Shown here: positions 46,491 to 55,581 of the stretch, one piece after another
Position numbering within the stretch: position 1 is the first letter of the stretch
Layout: the number at the start of each line of letters is the position of its first letter
Source: Clostridiaceae bacterium
GTDB taxonomy: Bacteria > Bacillota > Clostridia > Oscillospirales > Butyricicoccaceae
DNA: 64,000 bases
Reading direction: 5' to 3'
Assembly (NCBI GenBank): GCA_016293155.1
Contig: JAEDEU010000001.1
Span: forward strand, 3,198 to 67,197
Made by a program: the position numbers and the translations under genes
Notes under the pieces: generated by a model
What the model saw: the letters and a program-made list of their open reading frames with translations, nothing else
Databases searched by the model: none
What the model was told of the DNA's origin: nothing

Positions 46491-49400
46491 ATGAAATGGA
46501 ACACACCATGGAGCAAACACAAACGCCGCGAGATTCAGCGCTCGCTTGGGCGGTATCTTGCGATGCTGGTCATTGTTGCACTCGGCGTGGGCTTTTTCTC
46601 CGGACTTAAGGTGACCAGAAGCGCAATTGTGCAGACCGGTGACCACTATGTGGAACGGTATAATCTGTATGATTATCGCCTGATCTCCACCCTCGGACTG
46701 ACTGAGGAGGATGCCCAGGCAATGCGCAGGGTGGACGGCGTACAGGACGCGGAGGGTTCGGTTACGGCGGATTTCATCGCGGTGCAGCCGGATGGAACGG
46801 AGGTCGTGCTCAAGGCGCATTCCATTACGGAGGAGATCAATCAGGTCAATCTGGTCGCCGGGCGGATGCCGGAGCGGGCGGAGGAATGCGTGGCGGACAG
46901 ACGCAGGTATACCGAAGCGGATCTCGGAAAAACCATCCGTGTGTCCGGGAGCAATGATGAAGATACCGCGGAGCAGTTTGCCTGTTCGGAATATACGATT
47001 GTCGGATTGGCGGATTCCGTACTGTATCTGAATACCGAGCGCGGAACGAGCAAGCTTGCGGGCGGCTCAGTGTATGCGTTTGTATTTCTGCCGCGTGACG
47101 GCTTTGATCTGGATTACAATACCGAGCTGTATGTCACAGTCAAAAACCGCGGCAGTATTTTTACACAGGAATATGAGGATGCGGCAGCGGCCGCGCAGCC
47201 GTCCGTGGAGGAGGCGCTGGAGGCGCGTGCACAGCTGCGCTATGACGAAATTCTGGACGAGGTCAACGAAAAAATCCAGGAGGGTCAGGACGAATACGAT
47301 CAAGGATATCAGGAGTATCTATCCGAAAAGGCGGATGCGGAGCAGCAGCTCGCGGATGCACGCGATGAGCTGGGCGCGGCAAAGGACGAGATTGCCGCCG
47401 GCGAACGGCGTCTGGCGGAAAATCAGAAAAAAATAGATCAGGGCTTTGCCGATTATCAGGACGGACTGAAGCAGTATAACAGCGGAGCAGCACAGCTTGC
47501 CGCGAAGAAAAAGCAGGCATATGCACAGCTGTCCGCCGCGCAGGATGAGCTGGATTCCAACCGCGCGCAGGTGGAGGATGGCATCCGGCAGATCGAGGAA
47601 AGCGGCGTACTTGAGCAGTATGAACAGCTGAACGAGGCGATTCCGCAGCTGGAAACTGCATTGGAGCAGATCGAAGCGGCAAAGCCGCAGAAGGAACAGC
47701 TTGAGCAGCAGCTGGAGCAGGTGGAGGACGGCATCCGGCAGATTGAGGAAACCGGCGTAATCGAGCAGTATAACGAGCTGACGGCGTCTGCCGAACAGCT
47801 GGAGCAGGCGATTGCACAGGCAGAGGAAGCCCGCGCACAGGAGGAAGGTCTGCGCGCGCAGCTGGAGGAGGCGCAAAGCGCCGCGGAGCAGATTGAGCAG
47901 AGCGGTGTGCTTGAGCAGTATGAGCAGCTGAATGCGGAGATTGCCCGGCTGGAGAGCGAACTGGAACAGGTTGAGGACTCCGAAAGCGAAGCGGCATTGC
48001 AGGAGCAGCTGAATGCTCTGCGGGCGCAGAAGCAGCAGATCGAGGAAAGCGGCGTACTTGAGCAGTATGAGCAGATGACGGCATCCATTGAGCAGCTGGA
48101 GGAAGCGCTGGCGCAGATTCCGACCGAGGAGCAGGTGTTGGAGCTGAAAGCGCAGCTGGCACAGGTGCAGGCGGGCATCGAGCAGATCGAACGCACCGGT
48201 GTAATTGAGCAGTACAATGAACTGACGGCAGCCGCTGAACAATTGCAGCAGGCGCTGGCACAGTTTCCGACCGAGGAACAGGAGCAGGCGCTGCGGGAGC
48301 AGCTGGAGCAGGCACAGATCGGAAAACAGCAGATTGAGCAGAGCGGCGTGCTCGAGCAGTATGAGCAGCTGACCGGTGCGCTTGCGCAGATCAGCGAGGG
48401 ACAGACCGAGCTGGACAGTCGGAAACAGCAGGCAGACAGTCAATTTTCCGCCGCGGAAGCGGAGCTGAAACGTGCAAAGGCGACGCTCTTAAGCTCGAAG
48501 GCAGCACTGGAGCGGGCACAAAAGCAGCTGGATGCCGGACATGAGTCGCTGGAGCAGGCAAAGCGGCAGTATGAGGACGGTTTGCAGGAATACACGGACA
48601 GCAGGGCGGAGGCGGAGGAGGCATTTGCCGAAGCGGAACGCGAGCTTGCGGATGCACTGAAACAGCTGGATGATGCCCGCGCGGAACGCGATGAGATCGA
48701 GCCGGCGGAAACCTATGCGCTCGACCGCACAACCAACACCGGTTATGTGTGCTTTGAAAATGACTCCGCGATTGTCGAGGGAATTGCGCGGGTATTTCCG
48801 GTCTTTTTCTTCCTCGTTGCGGCACTGGTCTGCATGACAACTATGACACGCATGGTGGATGAGCAGCGCACCCAGATCGGAACCTTTAAGGCGCTGGGCT
48901 ATAGTGACCGGGATATTATGAAAAAATACATCAGCTACTCCGGCAGTGCGGCGGTGATCGGTGCCGTGATCGGCTTCTTCGGCGGCTGTAAGCTGTTTCC
49001 GTACGCGCTGTGGAAGGCATATAATATGATGTACGACTTTGCCGAGATTGAGTTTGTATTTGACAAAAAGCTCGCGTTCCTGTCACTGGCGGTAGCACTG
49101 CTGTGCTCGGCGGGCGCAACGGTTGCGGCATGCCGCGCGGAACTGGTGCGGATGCCGGCGGAGCTGATGCGCCCCAAGGCACCCAAACCGGGCAAGCGCG
49201 TTCTGCTGGAACGCATCACGCCGATCTGGTCGCGCATGAGTTTTTTGCATAAGGTGACGGTGCGCAATGTATTCCGCTACAAAAAGCGGATGTTCATGAT
49301 GGTGCTCGGCATCGGCGGCTGCACGGCGCTGGTGCTCACGGGCTTCGGCGTCAAGGATTCCATCGCCAATCTCGCGGAGGATCAGTACGGTTCCATTATG

Positions 49401-50354
49401 AAGTTCGATTATGAGATCACCTTCTCCGAGCCGCAGAGCGAACGGGGACAGTTTGTGCAGGAAACGGAATCGCTCTTGTCTGAGTGCGTGCTTCTGCACA
49501 AGTCCGGCATGGATGTTGTATGCCAAAAGGGTGTGCAGCAGGTCAATGTCATTGCAAGCGATGATACGCGGATGACAGAGCTGATTGATTTTCATTCCGG
49601 AGGCAGTGCGGTGAACGATCCGAAGGATGGGGAGGCGCTGATTAACGAAAAGCTGGCGGCGCTGGCAGGCGTATCGGTGGGCGACCTGATTTCCATTCAG
49701 GTGGACGACACCCACACCGAGCAGGTCAGGGTCAGCGGCATTTTTGAGAACTATGTGTATCACTATCTGTTCATGACCACTGCGACCTATGAAGCGGTCA
49801 CAGGTGAGTCCTGCGAATATCAGAACGCCTATGCCCGCGCGGCGGGCGGCGATCTGCACGATACGGCGGCGCGGCTGGTCAGTGACCATGGAGCAGCTGC
49901 GGTTTCCGTCACGCAGGATACCAAAAACATGGTGGCAAATATGATGCTCAGTCTGAATTATATTGTATGGCTGGTCATTGCGTGTGCCGGCGTGCTGGCG
50001 TTTGTGGTGCTGTTTAATCTGAGCAACATCAATCTGACCGAACGCGTGCGGGAGATTGCGACCATCAAGGTGCTGGGCTTTTATCCGAGAGAGACGGGCG
50101 CCTATGTATTCCGCGAAAATATTGTGCTCACGGCGTTGGGTGCACTGGCAGGTCTGCCGATGGGCGTGGCGCTGCACCGGTTTGTGATGAATCAGATTCA
50201 GGTGGACATGGTATCGTTCCAGACGCGTATTCTGCCGGTCAGCTTTGTGCTGGCACTGGGCGTGACCTTCCTGTTCGCGCTGATGGTGGATCTCGTCATG
50301 CGGCGCAAGCTGGCGCATATCAACATGGCGGAATCGCTGAAATCCGTAGAATAA
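46491..50354 (+). CDS. Double FtsX/MacB-type ABC permease with a very large coiled-coil extracytoplasmic insertion (1,287 aa)
   Basis: First module: TM1 (YLAMLVIVALGVGFF), a MacB-like ectodomain with a Q/E/A/L-rich insertion of >500 aa, then three TMs. A second TM-ectodomain-3TM module follows (FKALGY..., KVLGFYPRE... FtsX motifs). GAGGAG RBS precedes ATG 46491. Confidence 0.8.
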   Translation: MKWNTPWSKHKRREIQRSLGRYLAMLVIVALGVGFFSGLKVTRSAIVQTGDHYVERYNLYDYRLISTLGLTEEDAQAMRRVDGVQDAEGSVTADFIAVQPDGTEVVLKAHSITEEINQVNLVAGRMPERAEECVADRRRYTEADLGKTIRVSGSNDEDTAEQFACSEYTIVGLADSVLYLNTERGTSKLAGGSVYAFVFLPRDGFDLDYNTELYVTVKNRGSIFTQEYEDAAAAAQPSVEEALEARAQLRYDEILDEVNEKIQEGQDEYDQGYQEYLSEKADAEQQLADARDELGAAKDEIAAGERRLAENQKKIDQGFADYQDGLKQYNSGAAQLAAKKKQAYAQLSAAQDELDSNRAQVEDGIRQIEESGVLEQYEQLNEAIPQLETALEQIEAAKPQKEQLEQQLEQVEDGIRQIEETGVIEQYNELTASAEQLEQAIAQAEEARAQEEGLRAQLEEAQSAAEQIEQSGVLEQYEQLNAEIARLESELEQVEDSESEAALQEQLNALRAQKQQIEESGVLEQYEQMTASIEQLEEALAQIPTEEQVLELKAQLAQVQAGIEQIERTGVIEQYNELTAAAEQLQQALAQFPTEEQEQALREQLEQAQIGKQQIEQSGVLEQYEQLTGALAQISEGQTELDSRKQQADSQFSAAEAELKRAKATLLSSKAALERAQKQLDAGHESLEQAKRQYEDGLQEYTDSRAEAEEAFAEAERELADALKQLDDARAERDEIEPAETYALDRTTNTGYVCFENDSAIVEGIARVFPVFFFLVAALVCMTTMTRMVDEQRTQIGTFKALGYSDRDIMKKYISYSGSAAVIGAVIGFFGGCKLFPYALWKAYNMMYDFAEIEFVFDKKLAFLSLAVALLCSAGATVAACRAELVRMPAELMRPKAPKPGKRVLLERITPIWSRMSFLHKVTVRNVFRYKKRMFMMVLGIGGCTALVLTGFGVKDSIANLAEDQYGSIMKFDYEITFSEPQSERGQFVQETESLLSECVLLHKSGMDVVCQKGVQQVNVIASDDTRMTELIDFHSGGSAVNDPKDGEALINEKLAALAGVSVGDLISIQVDDTHTEQVRVSGIFENYVYHYLFMTTATYEAVTGESCEYQNAYARAAGGDLHDTAARLVSDHGAAAVSVTQDTKNMVANMMLSLNYIVWLVIACAGVLAFVVLFNLSNINLTERVREIATIKVLGFYPRETGAYVFRENIVLTALGALAGLPMGVALHRFVMNQIQVDMVSFQTRILPVSFVLALGVTFLFALMVDLVMRRKLAHINMAESLKSVE
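47565..48420 (+). repeat. Six in-frame tandem repeats (147-150 nt; 49-50 aa) inside the FtsX ectodomain
   Basis: The core QIE(E/Q/R)(S/T)GV(L/I)EQY(E/N)(Q/E)(L/M) recurs with nucleotide starts at 47589, 47739, 47889, 48036, 48183 and 48330. Confidence 0.85.
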
Positions 50355-50368
50355 CCCGGGAAAATCGA

Positions 50369-50406
50369 AAACTCCGACCGAAGGCATGGATCTGGTCGGA
50401 GTTTTT
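50369..50406 (+). terminator. Intrinsic terminator after the FtsX-type gene
   Basis: AAACTCCGACC - 14 nt - GGTCGGAGTTT followed by TT. Confidence 0.7.
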
Positions 50407-50423
50407 GCTGTCAATGGAAAAAG

Positions 50424-50535
50424 AAAAAGCACTCAAGCATTTGCTTGAGTGCTCAATGGCTGCCGAACTAGGATTCGAACCCAGACAAACAGAGTCAGAG
50501 TCTGTCGTGCTACCTTTACACAATTCGGCAATATT
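50424..50535. repeat. 112-bp direct repeat, copy 1 (tRNA-Gln + its terminator)
   Basis: Identical by eye to 52646-52757 (AAAAAGCACTCAAGCATTTGCTTGAGTGCTCAATGGCTGCCGAAC...CGGCAATATT). Confidence 0.9.
50457..50530 (-). tRNA. tRNA-Gln (anticodon CUG), CCA encoded, copy 1
   Basis: Hand-folded cloverleaf. Acceptor TGCCGAA/TTCGGCA (U1-A72) and D stem GTGT/GCAC. Anticodon stem ACAGA/TCTGT with loop CTCTGAC. T arm CTGGG-TTCGAAT-CCTAG, then G73 and CCA. A terminator hairpin AGCACTCAAGC/GCTTGAGTGCT plus T-run follows. Confidence 0.9.
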
Positions 50536-50555
50536 CTGTCGTGCTGACAAAAAAT

Positions 50556-50583
50556 ATTATACCGCATTTTGAGGAAAAGTCAA
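50556..50583 (-). promoter_or_regulatory. Near-consensus promoter of tRNA-Gln copy 1
   Basis: Minus strand reads TTGACT - 16 nt - TATAAT, about 25 nt upstream of the tRNA 5' end. Confidence 0.65.
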
Positions 50584-50813
50584 GCATTATTTTTTGAAAA
50601 TGAAAAAATAATTGGGAGTGCAAATGAAGAGGCGTGAGGCTGCAAAAATATCTTTCAAGTGTATATGGAGGGGAAGAGATGATATGAACCTAAATAAGTA
50701 TTAAAATGACGAAATAAGATGAATGAATGGATAAAATAAAGAAATTTAATTCGTCGAATAGATGATATATTGAATAGAAAGGATTGCTTTGGTGAAAAAT
50801 AAAATGAAAGTTT

Positions 50814-50854
50814 TGTAATTTATGCTTGCATTTTTGGTGGCGCCGTGATAGACT
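50814..50854 (+). promoter_or_regulatory. Candidate amtB promoter overlapped by a GlnR/TnrA-like half-palindrome
   Basis: TGTAA-N7-TTGCA (50814-50830) has one mismatch to TGTNA-N7-TNACA. TTGCAT (50826) - 17 nt - TAGACT (50849). Confidence 0.3.
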
Positions 50855-50866
50855 AATCCCAGACAA

Positions 50867-50909
50867 AGGTGTCTGATACCCATCAAGGGGTATTGGATAC
50901 CTTTTTTTA
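50867..50909 (+). terminator. Intrinsic-terminator-like hairpin inside the amtB 5' leader (candidate attenuator)
   Basis: 15-bp stem AGGTGTCTGATACCC / GGGTATTGGATACCT (three G-U pairs) with a 6-nt loop, then TTTTTTT. It ends 43 nt before the amtB ATG. No upstream plus-strand gene needs it, because the FtsX gene has its own terminator. Confidence 0.6.
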
Positions 50910-50952
50910 TTTACTGATTTACAATTTTGTTGTAAGATGGGAGTGAAAAACA

Positions 50953-52194
50953 ATGATAGACTCTGGCAACACTGCGTTTATCATCATCTGCGCGGCACTG
51001 GTATTTTTAATGACCCCCGCACTGGCATTTTTCTACGGCGGTCTGGTGCGCAGAAAAAATGTAATCAATACGATGATGTCCTCTCTGTTCATCATGGGAC
51101 TGGCATCGGTGCTCTGGGTGGCGGTCGGCTACTCGCTGTCCTTCGGCGGCAATACCGCCGGTGTCATCGGCACGTTTCAGAACGTATTTCTGAACGGCAT
51201 CGGCTGGGAGCCGGGCACCTATGCGGACAGCATTCCGGCTCAGGTGTTCGTTATCTTCCAGATGATGTTTGCGATCATCACACCGGCGCTGATTACCGGT
51301 TCGGTAGTCGGACGCATGAACTTTAAGGCGCTGTTCCTGTTCATCCTGCTGTGGTCGTTCGTCGTTTACTATCCGATGGCGCACATGGTGTGGGGCGAGG
51401 GCGGATTCCTTGCGGAGATCGGCTCGATTGATTTCGCCGGCGGCAATGTCGTTCACATCAGCTCGGGTGTTTCCGCGCTTGTACTGTCCATCCTTCTGGG
51501 CAAGCGCAGAGGAGCGGAGCAGGGCAATTTCCTGCCGCACAATATCCCGTTTGTCATTCTCGGCGCGTGCCTGCTGTGGTTCGGCTGGTTCGGCTTCAAC
51601 GCCGGCAGCGCACTCGCGGCGGATGGTCTCGCAGCACATGCATTCCTGACCACCAACACCTCCGCGGCAAGCGCAATGCTGAGCTGGATGCTCATTGATA
51701 TCCTCCGCGAGGGCAGACCGTCGGTGGTCGGCGCATGCACCGGCATGGTGCTCGGACTGGTTGCCATCACGCCGGGTGCGGGCTTTGTTCCGCTGTGGTC
51801 GGCGTTTCTCATCGGCGCGCTGGTCAGCCCAATCTGCTATTTTGCGGTATCCGTCATTAAGGTAAAGTTCGGCTACGACGATGCACTCGACGCATTCGGC
51901 TGTCACGGTGTCGGCGGTATCTGGGGCGGCATCGCAACGGGCATTTTTGCGCAGTCGTCCATTAACCCTGTCGCTCAGTGGAACGGTCTGGCATTCGGCG
52001 ATGTCAAGCTGTTCCTCGCGCAGGTCATCAGTATTGTGATTACGATTGTGATTGCCATTGTCGGCACGCTGATCTGTGCCGGTATTGTCAAGCTGATTGT
52101 TCCGCTGCGCGTTACGGAGCGCGAGGAGCGCGTCGGCATGGACGAAACCGCACACGGTGAGCGCGCATATCCGACCTTTACCGGTCTGGACTAA
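50953..52194 (+). CDS. amtB: Ammonium transporter AmtB
   Basis: 413 aa, 11-TM Amt/Mep family. Motifs DFAGGNVVHISSG and FGCHGVGGIWGGIATG. Confidence 0.95.
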   Translation: MIDSGNTAFIIICAALVFLMTPALAFFYGGLVRRKNVINTMMSSLFIMGLASVLWVAVGYSLSFGGNTAGVIGTFQNVFLNGIGWEPGTYADSIPAQVFVIFQMMFAIITPALITGSVVGRMNFKALFLFILLWSFVVYYPMAHMVWGEGGFLAEIGSIDFAGGNVVHISSGVSALVLSILLGKRRGAEQGNFLPHNIPFVILGACLLWFGWFGFNAGSALAADGLAAHAFLTTNTSAASAMLSWMLIDILREGRPSVVGACTGMVLGLVAITPGAGFVPLWSAFLIGALVSPICYFAVSVIKVKFGYDDALDAFGCHGVGGIWGGIATGIFAQSSINPVAQWNGLAFGDVKLFLAQVISIVITIVIAIVGTLICAGIVKLIVPLRVTEREERVGMDETAHGERAYPTFTGLD

Positions 52195-52210
52195 CTGGAG
52201 GTAGTAAAGC

Positions 52211-52552
52211 ATGATTAAAATTGAAGCAATTGTCCGTCCGGAAAAGATGGAGGATGTCAAGGATGCGCTGTCCCTGATTAATGTCAATGGTATCACCCTG
52301 TCTCAGGTCATGGGCTGTGGCTCCCAGAAGGGAAAGACAAAGACTGTGCGCGGACGCACGTTTGAGGTCAATATGCTCCCGAAGATCAAGTTTGAGATCG
52401 TCGTTTCCAATGAGGAGTGGGCGCAGATCACCATTGATGCCATCTGCAATGCCGCCTACACCGGCGAAATCGGTGACGGTAAGATTTTTTGCTACAATCT
52501 GGATAATGTCGTGCGCATTCGTACCAGAGAGATCGGTATCACTGCACTTTAA
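52211..52552 (+). CDS. glnB: P-II nitrogen regulatory protein (GlnB/GlnK)
   Basis: 113 aa. MIKIEAIVRPEKMEDVKDAL, T-loop region GSQKGKTKTVRGRTFEV, C-terminal GDGKIF. Directly follows amtB. Confidence 0.9.
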   Translation: MIKIEAIVRPEKMEDVKDALSLINVNGITLSQVMGCGSQKGKTKTVRGRTFEVNMLPKIKFEIVVSNEEWAQITIDAICNAAYTGEIGDGKIFCYNLDNVVRIRTREIGITAL

Positions 52553-52594
52553 ATCCCGTCATAAATTATTTTATCATATCCCCATCAAATCGCT

Positions 52595-52625
52595 CCGGCG
52601 GAGGCTCAGTCCTCCGCCGGTTTTT
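52595..52625 (+). terminator. Intrinsic terminator after glnB
   Basis: CCGGCGGAGG-CTCAGT-CCTCCGCCGG followed by TTTTT. Confidence 0.85.
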
Positions 52626-52645
52626 CTGTCTGCCTGCTGACATGA

Positions 52646-52757
52646 AAAAAGCACTCAAGCATTTGCTTGAGTGCTCAATGGCTGCCGAACTAGGATTCGA
52701 ACCCAGACAAACAGAGTCAGAGTCTGTCGTGCTACCTTTACACAATTCGGCAATATT
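52646..52757. repeat. 112-bp direct repeat, copy 2 (tRNA-Gln + its terminator)
   Basis: Identical by eye to 50424-50535. Offset is 2,222 bp. Confidence 0.9.
52679..52752 (-). tRNA. tRNA-Gln (anticodon CUG), CCA encoded, copy 2
   Basis: Same 74-nt sequence as copy 1. Confidence 0.9.
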
Positions 52758-52795
52758 TGGTTGGTGGAACGCTGCGGAGCGAATCAACGAATATT

Positions 52796-52823
52796 ATTAT
52801 ATCCCATTTTTTCAAAAAGTCAA
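52796..52823 (-). promoter_or_regulatory. Near-consensus promoter of tRNA-Gln copy 2
   Basis: Minus strand reads TTGACT - 16 nt - TATAAT. The flanking sequence differs from copy 1. Confidence 0.6.
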
Positions 52824-52972
52824 CAATTATTTATGAAAAAAATGAAAAAATTTTCGGGGATTCTGCGGGAATTTTGAGGATATCGGAAATAGTCAAATAG
52901 CGGCATCGGGTATATAATGGATAGGAAAATCAATGAAGCACGCAATTTTACGCATCTTTCTACGGAGGCATT

Positions 52973-54793
52973 ATGGTTAGAAACGATTTAAGAAATATTG
53001 CAATTATCGCGCACGTCGACCACGGCAAGACGACACTGGTCGATCAGATGCTCAAGCAGGGCGGCGCATTCCGTGACAATCAGGTTGTCGAGGAGCGCGT
53101 CATGGACAGCAATGACCTGGAGCGTGAGCGCGGTATTACCATTCTGGCAAAGAACACCTCGGTTCATTATAAGGATACCAAGATCAACGTCGTGGACACC
53201 CCGGGACATGCGGACTTCTCCGGTGAGGTCGAGCGCATCCTGAAGATGGTAGACGGCGTTATCCTGCTGGTTGACGCATTTGAGGGCCCGATGCCGCAGA
53301 CCCGCTTCGTGCTGGAGAAGGCGCTGGAGTTCGGTCATAAGATCATCATTGTGGTCAACAAGATCGACCGTCCGGATGCCCGCCTGTCCGATGTCGGCGA
53401 CGAGGTACTCGAGCTGCTGCTCACGCTGGATGCAACCGACGAGCAGCTGGACAGCCCGATCCTGTACTGCTCCGGTCGTGACGGCACCGCTTCGCTGTCC
53501 CCGAACAAGCCGGGTGAGGATCTGGTTCCGCTGTTCGAGACCATTCTGGATCACATTCCGGCACCGCATGTCAACGTAGACGGCGAGTTACAGATGCTGG
53601 TTTCCTCGATCGACTACAACGACTATGTCGGACGCATTGCAATCGGACGCATTGAGCGCGGCAGTGTCAAGGTCGGTCAGGAGGTCACCGTATGCAGCTA
53701 TTCCCGCAAGGACAAGCCGTACAAGGCAAAGGTCGTTTCTCTGTATACCATTGACAGTCTGGGACGCACGCCGATTGAAACCGCCTCCGCGGGCGATATC
53801 GTATGTATTTCCGGCATCGAAAACGTCACCATCGGTGATACTCTGTGCTCAAGCGATGCAGTGGAGCCGCTGCCGTTCGTCAAGATTTCCGAGCCGACCG
53901 TCGAGATGTATTTCTCGGTCAATGACTCCCCGTTTGCCGGCAGAGAGGGCAAGTACGTGACCTCCCGCCAGCTGCGTGAGCGTCTGCACCGCGAGCTGCT
54001 CAAGGACGTTTCCCTGCGCGTACACGAGACCGAGACCACGGATACCTTCCGCGTTGCGGGCCGCGGCGAAATGCACCTGTCCATCCTGATCGAGAACCTG
54101 CGCCGTGAGGGCTATGAGTTCCAGGTCGGTGCACCGCGCGCACTGTACAAGGAGATTGACGGTCAGCTGTGCGAGCCGATTGAGCGCATGGTTGCGGATG
54201 TTCCGTCCGAAGCACTGGGCTCCGTCATGGAGAAGATGGGCGAGCGCAAGGGCGAATTACAGCACATGGCGCCGCAGGGCGACCGTATGCGCGTAGAATT
54301 CCTGATTCCGGCACGCGGTCTGTTCGGCTATAAGACCGAATTTTTGACCGACACCCGCGGCGAGGGCATTCTCAGCTCGGTATTTTATGATTACCAGCCG
54401 TACAAGGGCGATATCCGCAAGCGCAAGACCGGTTCCCTGATCGCATTTGAGACCGGCACCGCAGTCGGCTACGGTCTGTTCAACGCGCAGGAGCGCGGAC
54501 AGCTGTTCATTGGCGCAGGCGAGGAGGTCTATGAGGGCATGATCGTCGGCGTATCCCCGAAGAGCGAGGACATGGCGGTCAACGTCTGCAAGAAGAAGCA
54601 GCTGACCAATATGCGTGCTTCCGGCTCGGATGACGCGCTGCGTCTGATTCCGCCGCACATCATGTCGATTGAGGAAGCGATGGAGTTCATCTCGGATGAT
54701 GAGCTGATCGAGGTCACCCCGACCAACATCCGCATGAGAAAGGCAATTCTGTCCAACTCCGAGCGCATGAAGAAGCTCAAGAGCCACAAATAA
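52973..54793 (+). CDS. typA: Translational GTPase TypA/BipA
   Basis: [18 protein letters not shown] (G1), DTPGHADF (G3), NKIDR (G4). 606 aa with an EF-G-like domain order and a BipA-type C-terminus. Confidence 0.95.
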   Translation: MVRNDLRNIAIIAHVDHGKTTLVDQMLKQGGAFRDNQVVEERVMDSNDLERERGITILAKNTSVHYKDTKINVVDTPGHADFSGEVERILKMVDGVILLVDAFEGPMPQTRFVLEKALEFGHKIIIVVNKIDRPDARLSDVGDEVLELLLTLDATDEQLDSPILYCSGRDGTASLSPNKPGEDLVPLFETILDHIPAPHVNVDGELQMLVSSIDYNDYVGRIAIGRIERGSVKVGQEVTVCSYSRKDKPYKAKVVSLYTIDSLGRTPIETASAGDIVCISGIENVTIGDTLCSSDAVEPLPFVKISEPTVEMYFSVNDSPFAGREGKYVTSRQLRERLHRELLKDVSLRVHETETTDTFRVAGRGEMHLSILIENLRREGYEFQVGAPRALYKEIDGQLCEPIERMVADVPSEALGSVMEKMGERKGELQHMAPQGDRMRVEFLIPARGLFGYKTEFLTDTRGEGILSSVFYDYQPYKGDIRKRKTGSLIAFETGTAVGYGLFNAQERGQLFIGAGEEVYEGMIVGVSPKSEDMAVNVCKKKQLTNMRASGSDDALRLIPPHIMSIEEAMEFISDDELIEVTPTNIRMRKAILSNSERMKKLKSHK

Positions 54794-54824
54794 ACAGCGG
54801 TAAAGCCGTATAAATCGTTTGCAT

Positions 54825-54880
54825 ACCGTATGGTCATCTGCTACAATAAAAGCAGAGACCATACGGTTTTCATTTTTATA
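54825..54880 (+). terminator. Intrinsic terminator after typA
   Basis: Long stem ACCGTATGGTC(A)TCTGCT / AGCAGAGACCATACGGT followed by TTTTCATTTTT. Confidence 0.8.
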
Positions 54881-54909
54881 AAATTTATATTCAGAAGGGA
54901 CAGATTAGA

Positions 54910-55287
54910 ATGAAAAAGCAGATTTCCACTCCGAACGCTCCGGCAGCACTCGGTCCGTATTCTCAGGCAATTGAGACTGACGGCTATGTATTCGTTTCCG
55001 GTCAGGTGCCGATTGACCCGGCAGCAGGCAAGATCACTGCGGACACCATCGAGGCGCAGTCCGAGCAGGTGATGAAGAACATCGGCGCAATTCTCGCAGA
55101 GGCCGGACTGGGCTATGAGAGCATCGTCAAGACCACCTGCTATCTGGCAGATCTGGCGGATTTTGCGGCGTTTAACGCGGTATATGGCGCATATTTTAAG
55201 GATGCAGCTCCGGCGCGTGCGTGCTTCCAGGTTGCGGCACTTCCGGCAGGCGCAAAGCTTGAGGTTGAGGCGATTGCGGTCAAGTAA
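54910..55287 (+). CDS. ridA: RidA/YjgF-family reactive enamine/imine deaminase
   Basis: 125 aa. APAALGPYSQAI, GQVPIDP, TTCYLAD, PARACFQVAALP. Confidence 0.9.
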   Translation: MKKQISTPNAPAALGPYSQAIETDGYVFVSGQVPIDPAAGKITADTIEAQSEQVMKNIGAILAEAGLGYESIVKTTCYLADLADFAAFNAVYGAYFKDAAPARACFQVAALPAGAKLEVEAIAVK

Positions 55288-55581
55288 ATCGCTGAGGACA
55301 AAACCGGACTGACTTTCATTCAAGATATACTCAAAACAGTCGATATGACGGATTTCTTCTAAGCATTATTGTCAGAAACGATTCTTGCCAAAACGCGAAA
55401 TACAGCAAGATGAATAAGGTTTGTAAATGTTCTGAAAAGTTGTGGACAAGTGCAAAAACGTATGATATACTTAGTTATGTAAGAAGAAAAGTCAAAAATA
55501 CGGCGGTGAGGAGAGTGAGGCGCAGGAGCAAGGTTTTATCCTGTGCGGCCGCCGAATGGCAAATTGTGATGAGGTGTCATT

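Noticed and set aside
50832-50852. T-box-like string TTGGTGGCGCCGTG upstream of amtB. Its UGGC would match the GCCA end of the neighbouring tRNA-Gln.
   Set aside because: No Stem I features were found in the 300 nt upstream: no AGAGA or distal-loop motifs, and no CAA/CAG specifier codon in 50690-50800. The segment does not form an antiterminator with the terminator 5' arm. I treat it as a chance resemblance.
50690-50953. 87-aa minus-strand ORF in the AT-rich amtB upstream region
   Set aside because: AT-rich low-complexity translation (F/I/L/N/K/H), no RBS, and it overlaps the predicted promoter and attenuator. Likely non-coding.
50424-52757. The tRNA-flanked amtB-glnB segment as a genomic island or mobile element
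   Set aside because: There is no integrase, transposase or excisionase. Coding composition looks like the surroundings. The repeats are whole functional tRNA genes with their own promoters rather than att-type partial tRNA copies.
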